NCBI GenBank assembly: GCA_977020255.1
Contig: CDROCS010000506.1
Location: 496,001 to 560,000, forward strand
DNA: 64,000 nt
Source of the DNA: Obrimoposthia wandeli
Taxonomy: Eukaryota
Direction: 5' to 3'
Below are positions 40,401 to 48,012 of the stretch, piece after piece. The position numbers were made by a program, and so were the translations under genes. A model generated the notes under the pieces. The model was not told the DNA's origin and ran no database searches. It saw nothing but the letters and a program-made list of their open reading frames with translations. Every line of letters begins with the position of its first letter. Position 1 is the stretch's first letter.

Positions 40401-42413
40401 CTCATTAATGTTGATGAAGATGGCGAGTTAATAATCTCTGCGCAAGATTTACTGCAAAATGATACTGACGCCGACGGCGATATTCTCACTATCAGTGCAG
40501 TCACTGCGACTGAGGACACCCACGGTACTGTCAGTTTAAATGAAGATGGCGATATCGTCTTCACACCAGAAACGGATTATAACGGTCCAGCGAGTTTTAC
40601 TTATACAGCAATCGACGGCAATGGCAGTTCTGATACAGCGACAGTTTCAGTAAATGTCATTCCGGTGAATGATGCGCCAGTTGCACCAACGCTATCAGTT
40701 TCAGGCGTAGAAGATCAAACACTGACAATCGATCCAGCATACATTCTTGATAAAGTATCTGATATTGATAGTAATAACCTGACCTTAGAAAACCTTGTTA
40801 TTCGTCATCCAGATAACGCGACATTATCGCTAAATCAAGATGGTACTTATCAAGTCCTTGTACCCGAAAATTTTAACGGCCTTATCGATTTAAACTACGC
40901 TGTCAGTGATGGTGAGCTGACGACAGAGGGTAGTTTGAATCTTAATATTATGGCTGTAGATGATAAGCCATTCCAAACTGGTAATGCACATTTAGCCGCT
41001 GTGGAAGATGGCTCTGTCACATTTTACGGCGAAGATTTAATCGACCTGTTCAGTGATGTAGACAGTGCTTTAACCATTTCTCGCGTTATCACTGCGGACG
41101 GTGAAGAAGCTGAAGGTAACCTGCTGGATAATGGTGATGGCAGCTGGACATTTACCCCGACGGATGACTTCGCCGGTACGACGGGTTTAGTTGTAATCGC
41201 AACTGATGGGACAAGTGAAGCGACCCTAGATATGAATGTCTATGTGCGTCCAATAGCTGACGGTGTCGCAATAAGTACTGACTTTGAAGGCCCTCTCGTG
41301 TTTTCAGAAGATAGCTCAGGCTTTTACAGTTTGAACATTGAACAACTAGATACCTCTGAAGTAATCACCAGTGTAATGATGACTGGTTATCCGGTTGGCT
41401 TTACTGTCGGAGATGGTGTGAATAGCATAGCGATCACAGAAGAAGGACAAGCCGTAGATATCTCAAACTGGGATATGGATAGCATGTCAATCACACCACC
41501 AAGTGATTTTAATGGTAGTTTTTCCGTGACCGTATCAGTGGTATCTCTAGATGAGGTGGAATCTCCTTCACTCTATGATGTAACCGAAGAACTCGGTTCA
41601 CAGCCAAGTGAAAATACCCCTTTCATTGTTGACGAAGACGGCAGCGTACTAATTATTGCAGCAGAACTATTAGAAACCCTTAGCGATGCAGAGACCCTAG
41701 ATGTTAGTACTGTCGATTACAATGGTGATGACGGCACACTTATCGACAACAATAATGGTACTTGGACATTCTGGGCATCCCCAGATTATATAGGTGATAT
41801 CGACATTGCATTCACCACCAGCGATGGCCAAGAGCATATTCAATTAATCAGTGTACCTAGCGATACCGATGATGAACCAGAAATACAGCCATCAACAGTA
41901 GAGCCGACCGTTAACGATAATAATAGTGATTACACTGTCGCACCTGGTGATAGTGTCAATATCATGATTGATGAAGATATTGTTAACAATGCAGATATTG
42001 ATAGTGTCTTAATTAGTGGTTTACCTGATGGTATAGAGCCACAAAATGGCGTTGAATTAGACGGTGGTGACTTTGTTATAAGTGGTGAGCTTTCACAGCC
42101 AATCACGTTAGATATAGCCGATGAATTTAGCGGTGAAGTGACGATGACACTATCTGGTATTGATAGCCTAGATCAACCTGTTGACGGTGCAACTCAAGAA
42201 GTCATTATTGATGTCGACGAATCATATGCAATGCAAGGTAGCAGTGCTAACAACGCAGATCCGTTAGCAATTGAAAACGGAGGTGAAAATGCAGATTGGA
42301 CAACTGCAGATAATTCAGCATTTGTGGTAGACCCGATGGATGATCATGTCGCTATTGAGCAAGATAATGAGCCGACTATCGATGATGATATAAGCGGGGG
42401 CCTCGATATTTAG
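34446..42413 (+). CDS. Giant acidic adhesin with cadherin/Ig-like (tandem-95/VCBS-like) domains
   Basis: Repeated VNDAP...EDxxxxI...LLxNxSDVDGD...WxFTPDENY modules; no Sec signal; divergent from the T1SS operon. Confidence 0.88.
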   Translation: MSTENNGNILNDAVEQVNTDETSIRPSEGTANQNNQQSTTANTVATGADLQAPQVSADSQPAESSSEDNQGRDENSNSQGQQNQSPNTANEQSNSAQSSPVGNGENQEETNKPNSSQNNDVQDVGGAEPSQQGLDNGRQSNQQNEPQNQESENAPSANGREQNNSDEITDNHSFDVNVAGPTRSDELENSDSIEDEFSFDVDITAVNDAVVIDTNSIPAFNTDEDNLIHITEAALLANASDVDGDDLTVTNLSIDNATFTTVIDPETGDRTFIVTPDENVNGDLAINFNVTDSQGSTVVSGAELVVEAVNDAPVLAETIFTINEDNSIIITPADLLPNISDVDGDTVTVTDINANDHGSVTQNTDGNWVFTPDENYAGDATLTISLSDGTATTEHNATVSITPDADAPSLTVSPAETVLIDSESAPSITTGWLTDNANGYIETHPDHVYTGINEGRGNVIELEANRGDESNIYQDLNVSAGDTVTLSFDLSARKNYEGEDSQVNVYFDGELVDVIIPEQVGWNTFTYQLTATTDNPRLEFNAPGDNSLGAVLDQINVVETEIFAEDTAVSLDINAALTDTDGSEEIDSIVLDAVMVGATITDGTNEFVASEGNDSVDVKDWDLSTLTFQGPQDFVGDVSLDVTVTAVETANGDSAQTTETIEFNVFNVNDPVVIDENSTPAFNTDEDSVIHITEAALLANASDVDGDDLTVTNLSIDNATFTTVIDPETGDRTFIVTPDENVNGDLAINFNVTDSQGSTVVSGAELVVEAVNDAPVLAETIFTINEDNSIIITPADLLPNISDVDGDTVTVTDINANDHGSVTQNTDGNWVFTPDENYAGDATLTISLSDGTATTEHNATVSITPDADVPSLTVSPAETVLIDSESAPSITTGWLTDNANGYIETHPDHVYTGINEGRGNVIELEANRGDESNIYQDLNISAGDTVTLSFDLSARKNYEGEDSQVNVYFDGELVDVIIPEQVGWNTFTYQLTATTDNPRLEFNAPGDNSLGAVLDQINVVETEIFAEDTAVSLDINAALIDTDGSEEIDSIVLDAVMVGATITDGTNEFVASEGNDSVDVKDWDLSTLTFQGPQDFVGDVSLDVTVTAVETANGDSAQTTETIEFNVFNVNDPVVIDENSTPAFNTDEDSVIHITEAALLANASDVDGDDLTVTNLSIDNATFTTVIDPETGDRTFIVTPDENVNGDLAINFNVTDSQGSTVVSGAELVVEAVNDAPVLAETIFTINEDNSIIITPADLLPNISDVDGDTVTVTDINVNDHGSVTQNTDGNWVFTPDENYAGDATLTISLSDGTATTEHNATVSITPDADAPSLTVSPAETVLIDSESAPSITTGWLTDNANGYIETHPDHVYTGINEGRGNVIELEANRGDESNIYQDLNVSAGDTVTLSFDLSARKNYEGEDSQVNVYFDGELVDVIIPEQVGWNTFTYQLTATTDNPRLEFNAPGDNSLGAVLDQINVVETEIFAEDTAVSLDINAALTDTDGSEEIDSIILDAVMVGATITDGTNEFVASEGNDSVDVKDWDLSTLTFQGPQDFVGDVSLDVTVTAVETANGDSAQTTETIEFNVFNVNDPVVIDENSTPAFNTDEDSVIHITEAALLANASDVDGDDLTVTNLSIDNATFTTVIDPETGDRTFIVTPDENVNGDLAINFNVTDSQGSTVVSGAELVVEAVNDPVIANDDDTISSQPAMIRMDEEPDFGSLQYQNEAGEWADMVTGQEYDADTDLQFMPDENMVLAATRDIRIGSFDNDTSTHVFDGTAETSDWGEVRDNAAVYTDGDLTITTQVSSGDLTAWNGAGTSVGAGIGNDSRHGLSNEETLTVTIEGEDVNQITFQLDGLGGYFDSTNSHATEVIITAYDKEGNEIDSQGDFRESGNYQDTYSFSTTQPVHHFELGTTGGNGTYVVQNMTVSRVANEELQLTTIQGDGSETSNALSLVLDHDNAANPSDVTEALIDIDTTITTSLINVDEDGELIISAQDLLQNDTDADGDILTISAVTATEDTHGTVSLNEDGDIVFTPETDYNGPASFTYTAIDGNGSSDTATVSVNVIPVNDAPVAPTLSVSGVEDQTLTIDPAYILDKVSDIDSNNLTLENLVIRHPDNATLSLNQDGTYQVLVPENFNGLIDLNYAVSDGELTTEGSLNLNIMAVDDKPFQTGNAHLAAVEDGSVTFYGEDLIDLFSDVDSALTISRVITADGEEAEGNLLDNGDGSWTFTPTDDFAGTTGLVVIATDGTSEATLDMNVYVRPIADGVAISTDFEGPLVFSEDSSGFYSLNIEQLDTSEVITSVMMTGYPVGFTVGDGVNSIAITEEGQAVDISNWDMDSMSITPPSDFNGSFSVTVSVVSLDEVESPSLYDVTEELGSQPSENTPFIVDEDGSVLIIAAELLETLSDAETLDVSTVDYNGDDGTLIDNNNGTWTFWASPDYIGDIDIAFTTSDGQEHIQLISVPSDTDDEPEIQPSTVEPTVNDNNSDYTVAPGDSVNIMIDEDIVNNADIDSVLISGLPDGIEPQNGVELDGGDFVISGELSQPITLDIADEFSGEVTMTLSGIDSLDQPVDGATQEVIIDVDESYAMQGSSANNADPLAIENGGENADWTTADNSAFVVDPMDDHVAIEQDNEPTIDDDISGGLDI
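35061..39533 (+). repeat. Intragenic tandem repeat, 1386-bp (462-aa) unit, about 3.2 copies
   Basis: GTCAATGAC anchor at 35061, 36447, 37833, 39219; near-identical copies. Confidence 0.95.
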
Positions 42414-42441
42414 CCTGAATGAATGAATAAATGAATGAATC

Positions 42442-42469
42442 AAAGCCTGCTATCTCAGCAGGCTTTTTT
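42442..42469 (+). terminator. Intrinsic terminator after the adhesin
   Basis: AAAGCCTGCT-ATCTC-AGCAGGCTTTTTT. Confidence 0.85.
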
Positions 42470-42633
42470 ATAAGTATCTCGCGACGTCCGCATTATGTGA
42501 GGAGGTATGTGAATAGATATTTAAACTTGATTGATGTTAAATTTGAGCATGAATGAAGTGAGTTAACTATTATTGCTATAAGCTTTTATTGATATAGACT
42601 TTATAAAGCACGCTAATTTTTAAAAGGATCATC

Positions 42634-43110
42634 ATGAGATTAATACTCTTAACTACTTTTCTTTTACTCAGCAACCTTAGCCATTCAGCCTCACTCACAG
42701 CAGGCAGTAAGTCTGTGGGAATAAAACTAGGCAGCGCTTCCATTGGTACCGAGAACTACACTATTGCAGGTGCCTCAATGAACTACTTTGCCTTAGATAA
42801 CTTTGCTGTTGGTGCCGCTTATGAATATTGGTTTTCAGGTAAGCCAACAGTTTCAAAAGCAACTGCAGAGTCCACCTATTACATTCCCGCATCAGCACAA
42901 TTTAAACCCTATGTCGGTTTGCTATACAGCCGTTACTTTATCGAAGACAGCAGTGATATAGATGCGTATGGTTATCGTGTTGGCATCGCTTATATTAACT
43001 CGCCTATGTTCTTTAGCGCCGGTCTTAGACAAGAAAAATACACCTCAGACAGAGCTATATTTTCTAATGAGGACGCCACAGGCGAATTCATGATTGGTTT
43101 TTCTTTTTAG
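42634..43110 (+). CDS. Small outer-membrane beta-barrel protein
   Basis: Signal peptide, about 8 amphipathic strands, FKPYVG, C-terminal IGFSF. Confidence 0.7.
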   Translation: MRLILLTTFLLLSNLSHSASLTAGSKSVGIKLGSASIGTENYTIAGASMNYFALDNFAVGAAYEYWFSGKPTVSKATAESTYYIPASAQFKPYVGLLYSRYFIEDSSDIDAYGYRVGIAYINSPMFFSAGLRQEKYTSDRAIFSNEDATGEFMIGFSF

Positions 43111-43168
43111 AAAGGTATTGTTTCAAATAAAACCTGCAATAAACATTTAAATCTAACCTTTTAGGCAT

Positions 43169-43207
43169 AAAAAAAGCATTGATTAACGCTATGTTAATCA
43201 ATGCTTT
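43169..43207 (-). terminator. Intrinsic terminator
   Basis: 15-bp stem AAAGCATTGATTAAC/GTTAATCAATGCTTT with an A-run on the left. Confidence 0.75.
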
Positions 43208-43278
43208 ATAAGATAAAAAATTGTAGATTTACGTTATTAACAACTATTAGTTAAATGTGAAATCTACATTATTAACAA

Positions 43279-43614
43279 TTACAGCGCAGCAGCTTCTACA
43301 TCAGCTACTAGCGCGTTGATTTGCGCAATAGTGTCTTTTAGTTCAGCGCGGAAATCATCAGCAACTGTTGTAGCAGGTAGCGTTAGGTAGATTTCTAACT
43401 GTACTACTAACAATTTTAATAACGCAGAGTAAGTCGCAGTGTTTTGCTCTTCTTCTAGCGCTAATAATGCAATGTTAATCGCAAAATGTTGTGTTTCTGG
43501 TTGGTCTTTTTTCGCTAAGTGTTTATTTACTTTTAATTCAGCGTAATCAACAAATTGTAATTTAACGTCGATGTCATTGTTTAGCTTTTCTAAAAATTGT
43601 GTATTGTCAGTCAT
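43279..43614 (-). CDS. Hypothetical helical protein
   Basis: 111-aa ORF with AAGGA RBS and downstream terminator. Confidence 0.6.
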   Translation of the reverse strand: MTDNTQFLEKLNNDIDVKLQFVDYAELKVNKHLAKKDQPETQHFAINIALLALEEEQNTATYSALLKLLVVQLEIYLTLPATTVADDFRAELKDTIAQINALVADVEAAAL

Positions 43615-43698
43615 AATACTTTAATCCTTGATAAATAGGCGTTATTTGAACTGCTGACTTAAAACAATAAGCAGCAACTTTTAAAAAACAGTATAACG

Positions 43699-43726
43699 AA
43701 AAAAGCCTGCTCAATGAGCAGGCTTT
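43699..43726 (-). terminator. Terminator of the tRNA operon
   Basis: AAAAAAGCCTGCTC-AAT-GAGCAGGCTTT just downstream of the last tRNA. Confidence 0.8.
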
Positions 43727-43756
43727 CTCGAATTCCAATTTCTTGGAATAAATAAG

Positions 43757-43833
43757 TGGTCGGTGATAGAGGATTCGAACCTCTGACCCCCTGGTCCCAA
43801 ACCAGGTGCGCTACCAAGCTGCGCTAATCACCG
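43757..43833 (-). tRNA. tRNA-Pro(UGG)
   Basis: CGGTGATTAGCGCAGCTTGGTAGCGC...TTTGGGA...GGTTCGAATCC...ACCA; 77 nt. Confidence 0.97.
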
Positions 43834-43837
43834 AACA

Positions 43838-43922
43838 TGGTGCGGAAGGAGAGACTTGAACTCTCACACCCTAAGATACTAGAACCTAAATCTAGCGCGT
43901 CTACCAATTCCGCCACTCCCGC
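43838..43922 (-). tRNA. tRNA-Leu(UAG)
   Basis: GCGGGAGTGGCGGAATTGGTAGACGCG, CTAGA-TTTAGGT-TCTAG anticodon arm, long variable arm, CCA; 85 nt. Confidence 0.97.
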
Positions 43923-43993
43923 ACTAACTTACAACTTATCAGCAGGTAATACTGACAAGGGTCGATAACATCACCTTAGTGAGTTATCAAATA

Positions 43994-44070
43994 TGGGGCG
44001 ACTGAAGGGGATTGAACCCTCGACAACCGGAATCACAATCCGGGGCTCTACCAACTGAGCTACAACCGCC
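43994..44070 (-). tRNA. tRNA-His(GUG)
   Basis: G-1, CCGGA-TTGTGAT-TCCGG anticodon arm, C73, CCA. Confidence 0.97.
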
Positions 44071-44132
44071 ACAAACTTTTACATCAACCCGCTTTGGTAA
44101 GCGAATTAACTCTCTACTTTACGTAGATAATA

Positions 44133-44209
44133 TGGTGACCCCTATAGGATTCGAACCTATGGCCTACGGCTTAGAAGGCCGTTGCTCTATCCAACTGAGC
44201 TAAGGAGTC
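44133..44209 (-). tRNA. tRNA-Arg(UCU)
   Basis: ACGGC-CTTCTAA-GCCGT anticodon arm, GGTTCGAATCC, CCA. Confidence 0.97.
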
Positions 44210-44210
44210 G

Positions 44211-44287
44211 TGGTCGGTGATAGAGGATTCGAACCTCTGACCCCCTGGTCCCAAACCAGGTGCGCTACCAAGCTGCGCTAATCACCG
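44211..44287 (-). tRNA. tRNA-Pro(UGG), identical second copy
   Basis: Same 77-nt sequence as 43757-43833. Confidence 0.97.
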
Positions 44288-44313
44288 AACGTTGGAGGCA
44301 ATGCCTTGTCAAC

Positions 44314-44359
44314 GAGGTGGATATTACAGAGTTGGACTGTACTCGTCAAACTTTTTTAA
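44314..44359 (-). promoter_or_regulatory. Sigma70 stable-RNA promoter
   Basis: TTGACG (44349-44344), 17 nt, TAATAT (44326-44321), GC-rich discriminator CCACCTC, upstream A-tract. Confidence 0.8.
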
Positions 44360-44505
44360 TGCCTCTATTCATTCTGCTCATTAGTTATACGACAAATGTA
44401 ATAAACACCGCAATATGTAGAATTTAACTGCAAAATAACGCTTGTTCGCTGTTTTCATTCAAATATTAAGCTCTTTGAACTATCAACTGAACCGTTTAGC
44501 TAATA

Positions 44506-45039
44506 TCAATCTAGTTTAGCTAGTGCGATCCGTAGGTTATTCAAAGCGCCTACAGAAAAACCGCGATCATAGAAATAAACAATCTCATTATTACTATTTA
44601 ACAATATGATACGGGCGTTATTCGGATTTTCATTACCCGTATACTCCTGCATTTTTTCACCATCGTTATATAAAGTAATCACCCCACCCCATAATTCCTT
44701 AGGTATTCCCCGACGCATACCGTTATTAATCATAGAGCTAAACATTTTTGGAAACATACCTTGAATAGCAGGCAATTCGTAAATATCGACAAGTGTACTG
44801 GTCATGTCTAAACCAATTAACCAGCGGTCGATATCAAACTGGGTATCTTGTTTGTAACCCACCAGCAATAACGTCGTTTTATTGCCAAACAAACCGGGCA
44901 TAGATACATCTTCTTTTTCTAATGTCTGGCCTGAAAAAGTCGGTAATGTTTGTCCCACCAAAGATTGATTAGTGTAGCTTGACGAACAGCCAGCTAATAA
45001 GGTGGTTAATACGATAAGGATCCATTTTAATTTGTCCAT
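44506..45039 (-). CDS. Lipoprotein, thioredoxin-like fold lacking CxxC (ATP10-like by recollection)
   Basis: MDKLKW...LLAG-C lipobox; GQTLPTFSGQTL and TLLLVGY resemble AhpC/TSA-type folds. Confidence 0.6.
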   Translation of the reverse strand: MDKLKWILIVLTTLLAGCSSSYTNQSLVGQTLPTFSGQTLEKEDVSMPGLFGNKTTLLLVGYKQDTQFDIDRWLIGLDMTSTLVDIYELPAIQGMFPKMFSSMINNGMRRGIPKELWGGVITLYNDGEKMQEYTGNENPNNARIILLNSNNEIVYFYDRGFSVGALNNLRIALAKLD

Positions 45040-45096
45040 GTTTACCTGCTTATAGTTAGAGTTAGAGTTATGGCTAAGCCATTGTATACATAGCAA

Positions 45097-45121
45097 TACG
45101 CTCGACTTATAACTTCGATCA
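45097..45121 (-). promoter_or_regulatory. sigmaE(ChrR)-type promoter
   Basis: TGATC-N16-CGTAT on the minus strand. Confidence 0.6.
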
Positions 45122-45154
45122 CTTTATTTACGCATTATTTATCTCACTTTAAAA

Positions 45155-45181
45155 TGATCGATCACATCTCTTCTCTCGTAT
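45155..45181 (+). promoter_or_regulatory. sigmaE(ChrR)-type promoter
   Basis: TGATC-N17-CGTAT. Confidence 0.7.
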
Positions 45182-45214
45182 TGCCTAGAGTCAGATTAAC
45201 TCGAGGATACATTT

Positions 45215-45823
45215 ATGATGTTAGCAGTCTTTCCCTTACCTATCGTCTTACTGCCCGGCGGTGTAACGCGGTTAAACATATTTGAACCTAAATATATACG
45301 TTTAGTCACAGAGTCTTATCGAGATGGCGGATTTGCGTTGTTACCTTATAAACAATCAACATCCGACACAGTTCTCAGCTGCGCCAAAGACAGTATTGCC
45401 GCTTGGGTCGAGATAATTGACTTTAGTACATCAGCAGACGGCTTGCTTAGCATAGATATTAAAGCCAAGCAGTTAATTGAAATTACCTCGGTAGAATCTG
45501 AAGCTGATGGTCTACTCAGAGCTTCTTTTACCGCTCTTCAGCATTGGTCCGACACAAACGAATTAAGAAACATAAAACAAGACAATGTCGCTAACAAACA
45601 ATTATGCTCGGTATTAACGAATATTTTTGAAGAACATGAAAACTTAGCCGTGCTTTACCCTCACGCTAATCAGCAAGATTTACCCTGGGTTTGCGCGCGC
45701 TTTATCGAATTACTACCTCTGGACATGACACATAAAATTAACTTTATGGCGCCAGAAAGCTTTGATCAATGCCTAGCCTTCTTGCATACTACAATTAATG
45801 GACATAATAATGCGCCTGCCTGA
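45215..45823 (+). CDS. LON peptidase substrate-binding (N-terminal) domain protein
   Basis: LAVFPLPIVLLPGG..LNIFEPKY.RLV, WVCARFIELLPL. Confidence 0.85.
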   Translation: MMLAVFPLPIVLLPGGVTRLNIFEPKYIRLVTESYRDGGFALLPYKQSTSDTVLSCAKDSIAAWVEIIDFSTSADGLLSIDIKAKQLIEITSVESEADGLLRASFTALQHWSDTNELRNIKQDNVANKQLCSVLTNIFEEHENLAVLYPHANQQDLPWVCARFIELLPLDMTHKINFMAPESFDQCLAFLHTTINGHNNAPA

Positions 45824-45871
45824 CTTGTTGAAATAAAAAGTGATAGAAATAACGTGTTATCGAAAATAAAG

Positions 45872-45898
45872 TGATCGATGTTATTCATCACCCCGTAT
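45872..45898 (+). promoter_or_regulatory. sigmaE(ChrR)-type autoregulatory promoter
   Basis: TGATC-N17-CGTAT upstream of the ECF gene. Confidence 0.75.
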
Positions 45899-45940
45899 AA
45901 CTCTTTAACACAGCATGGCGACATTATATGAAGGATCCAG

Positions 45941-46570
45941 ATGATAAATCCTATCAGTATAAGTAATTCACCTCAGGTTAATTACGCAACTAAAAAGTCC
46001 ATTATGGAAGATGATGACACACAAGACCTAAGCACATGCTTAGTAAAAATAGGTAACGAACGAGATAAAGTCGCCTTTGCAACTTTGTTCAAATGGTTTG
46101 CACCTAAAATAATGCGTTTTGGTATTAAAACATTCAACAATGAAGCCAGTGCCAAAGAGTTGTTACAAGAAACAATGACCAAAGTATGGAAAAAAGCTCA
46201 CACCTACGATGAAACCAAAGGTAAAGCCAGTACCTGGGTTTATACCGTCATGCGTAATGTGTCTTTTGATATGCTCAGAAAGATCCAATCAAATAGAGAA
46301 GATACCATTAGTGATGATATCTGGCCGATGCTCGACAGCGATGAAAACAGTAGTGAAGATGCCTATCCTGATCACCTGATGAGTCGTACTATGTCCGATC
46401 ATGTAGATCAGTTACCCGACAATCAGCAGCAGGTCATTAAAGGTGTGTACTTCAACGAGCTATCGCAAGAACAACTTGCTAAGCAACTTGATATCCCCGT
46501 CGGTACCGTCAAATCAAGGCTACGTTTAGCACTTGCTAAGTTAAAACAGTATATCGGAGAAGATTCATGA
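45941..46570 (+). CDS. rpoE: ECF sigma factor of the sigmaE-ChrR group
   Basis: LLQETMTKVW, ASTWVYTVMRN, PVGTVKSRLRLAL; overlaps chrR. Confidence 0.92.
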   Translation: MINPISISNSPQVNYATKKSIMEDDDTQDLSTCLVKIGNERDKVAFATLFKWFAPKIMRFGIKTFNNEASAKELLQETMTKVWKKAHTYDETKGKASTWVYTVMRNVSFDMLRKIQSNREDTISDDIWPMLDSDENSSEDAYPDHLMSRTMSDHVDQLPDNQQQVIKGVYFNELSQEQLAKQLDIPVGTVKSRLRLALAKLKQYIGEDS

Positions 46571-47244
46571 TTAAATATCATCCTAGCCATGAGTTACTCG
46601 ACACCTTCGTTACGGGTCAACTACCAGCCTCGTTTAGTGCCGCTATCGCAATACATGCTGAGCTATGCGATGTCTGTCGCAACAAGATAACGCAATTAGA
46701 ATCAACCCATGCGAATAACGCCTTCAGCGCAGCTGCGGATGAAGACTTTGCTTTAACGGCTGATATGTTATTTAACGACTGGGAAATGGACAGCTTAATA
46801 TGCGCGATAACTGACGATACAGAAATAATTCATACGACAGTAACAACACCGATATCAGTCAACTTTAATAACACCGCATATCAACTACCACGTGCATTGC
46901 AGCATATCGACTTAGGCAAGCAGCTTAACGTAGGCAAGCTAACGCGATCTCGGTTAGACCTTAATGAAGGCGTTACCCACACTAGTTTGTTACATATTCA
47001 AGCTGGCGGCCACATTCCTAACCATACACACAAGGGCAGTGAGTTAACTCTATTACTTGAAGGTAGTTTTGAAGATGAAATGGGTACGTACAATAAAGGC
47101 GACTTTATTCTGCTTAATAGTAATCATACTCACAGCCCGATGACCAAACACGGTTGCCTCTGCTACACAGTCGTAGATAGCCCATTAACCTTCACCGAAG
47201 GCATGGCAAAAATCCTCAATCCTCTCGGTAACTTTATTTATTAG
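46567..47244 (+). CDS. chrR: ChrR anti-sigma factor (ZAS plus cupin)
   Basis: YHPSHELL, HAELCDVC, IPNHTHKGSELTLLLEGSFEDE. Confidence 0.93.
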   Translation: MIKYHPSHELLDTFVTGQLPASFSAAIAIHAELCDVCRNKITQLESTHANNAFSAAADEDFALTADMLFNDWEMDSLICAITDDTEIIHTTVTTPISVNFNNTAYQLPRALQHIDLGKQLNVGKLTRSRLDLNEGVTHTSLLHIQAGGHIPNHTHKGSELTLLLEGSFEDEMGTYNKGDFILLNSNHTHSPMTKHGCLCYTVVDSPLTFTEGMAKILNPLGNFIY

Positions 47245-47416
47245 CACTGGTAGCAGTTTATTGATAATTAATTGATAAACTGTTACTTATTAATATGCAG
47301 CTTGTCATTTTATTCGCTAAAATAGTATTTATCACTAAACTGTTTTTTCATAAAACCTGTCTTTCATACACCTGTTTTTCATGTAATAGGCTTTTGCATA
47401 AAAATAGTCATGTATG

Positions 47417-47443
47417 TGATCCTTTTTCTACTTCCAACCGTAT
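47417..47443 (+). promoter_or_regulatory. sigmaE(ChrR)-type promoter of the lipid-modification operon
   Basis: TGATCC start, TGATC-N17-CGTAT. Confidence 0.8.
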
Positions 47444-47494
47444 TAAAGACATAACCGTTATTAACAGTCTTTATTAACATAGCTTAATCATTAG

Positions 47495-47971
47495 ATGGAA
47501 TTGACAATGATAAATACCACGCTAAGTAATACTCAGTTGGAACAAGAGCAAGGACAGTGGCTCAGTAGATTTTCTGATATCTACACGGGTTTAAATAAAA
47601 ATAATTTACACACCCTTAAAAACATCTATCACCATGATATTAAATTTCAAGATCCCCTGCATGAAGTCGCAGGTATTACCCAACTTATCAGCTATTTTGA
47701 AAACCTCTACACCAACTTAGCCAGTTGTACATTCGATATTACTCACCAAGTACTGAATGATAAAGAAGCCGCTATTTATTGGGATATGACTTACGTCCAC
47801 CCAAAATTAAATGCGGGTAAAGCGATCTCGGTATCAGGTCATTCACACCTTAAAGCGCTTGATGGTAAAGTTATTTATCATCGTGATTATCTCGATGTCG
47901 GTGCGATGTTGTATGAACATGTTCCAGTATTGGGTCACATGGTCCGTTATTTAAAAAATAATATTGCATGA
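47495..47971 (+). CDS. SnoaL/NTF2-like protein
   Basis: IYHHDIKFQDP, YHRDYLD. Confidence 0.85.
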   Translation: MELTMINTTLSNTQLEQEQGQWLSRFSDIYTGLNKNNLHTLKNIYHHDIKFQDPLHEVAGITQLISYFENLYTNLASCTFDITHQVLNDKEAAIYWDMTYVHPKLNAGKAISVSGHSHLKALDGKVIYHRDYLDVGAMLYEHVPVLGHMVRYLKNNIA

Positions 47972-48012
47972 GAATGTATTCGATAAAAGCTAATTGGTAG
48001 GAGTATTAAATA

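Noticed and set aside
42416-42440. Short (GAAT)n run after the adhesin stop
   Set aside because: Only about six imperfect units in AT-rich DNA; no evident function
43757-43833. tRNA-Pro 3' end as att site of a genomic island covering 1-43.6 kb
   Set aside because: No integrase, transposase or duplicated tRNA 3' fragment in the window; the left boundary is not visible, so this is unsupported rather than excluded
44012-44203. 63-aa ORF
   Set aside because: Antisense to the tRNA-His and tRNA-Arg genes
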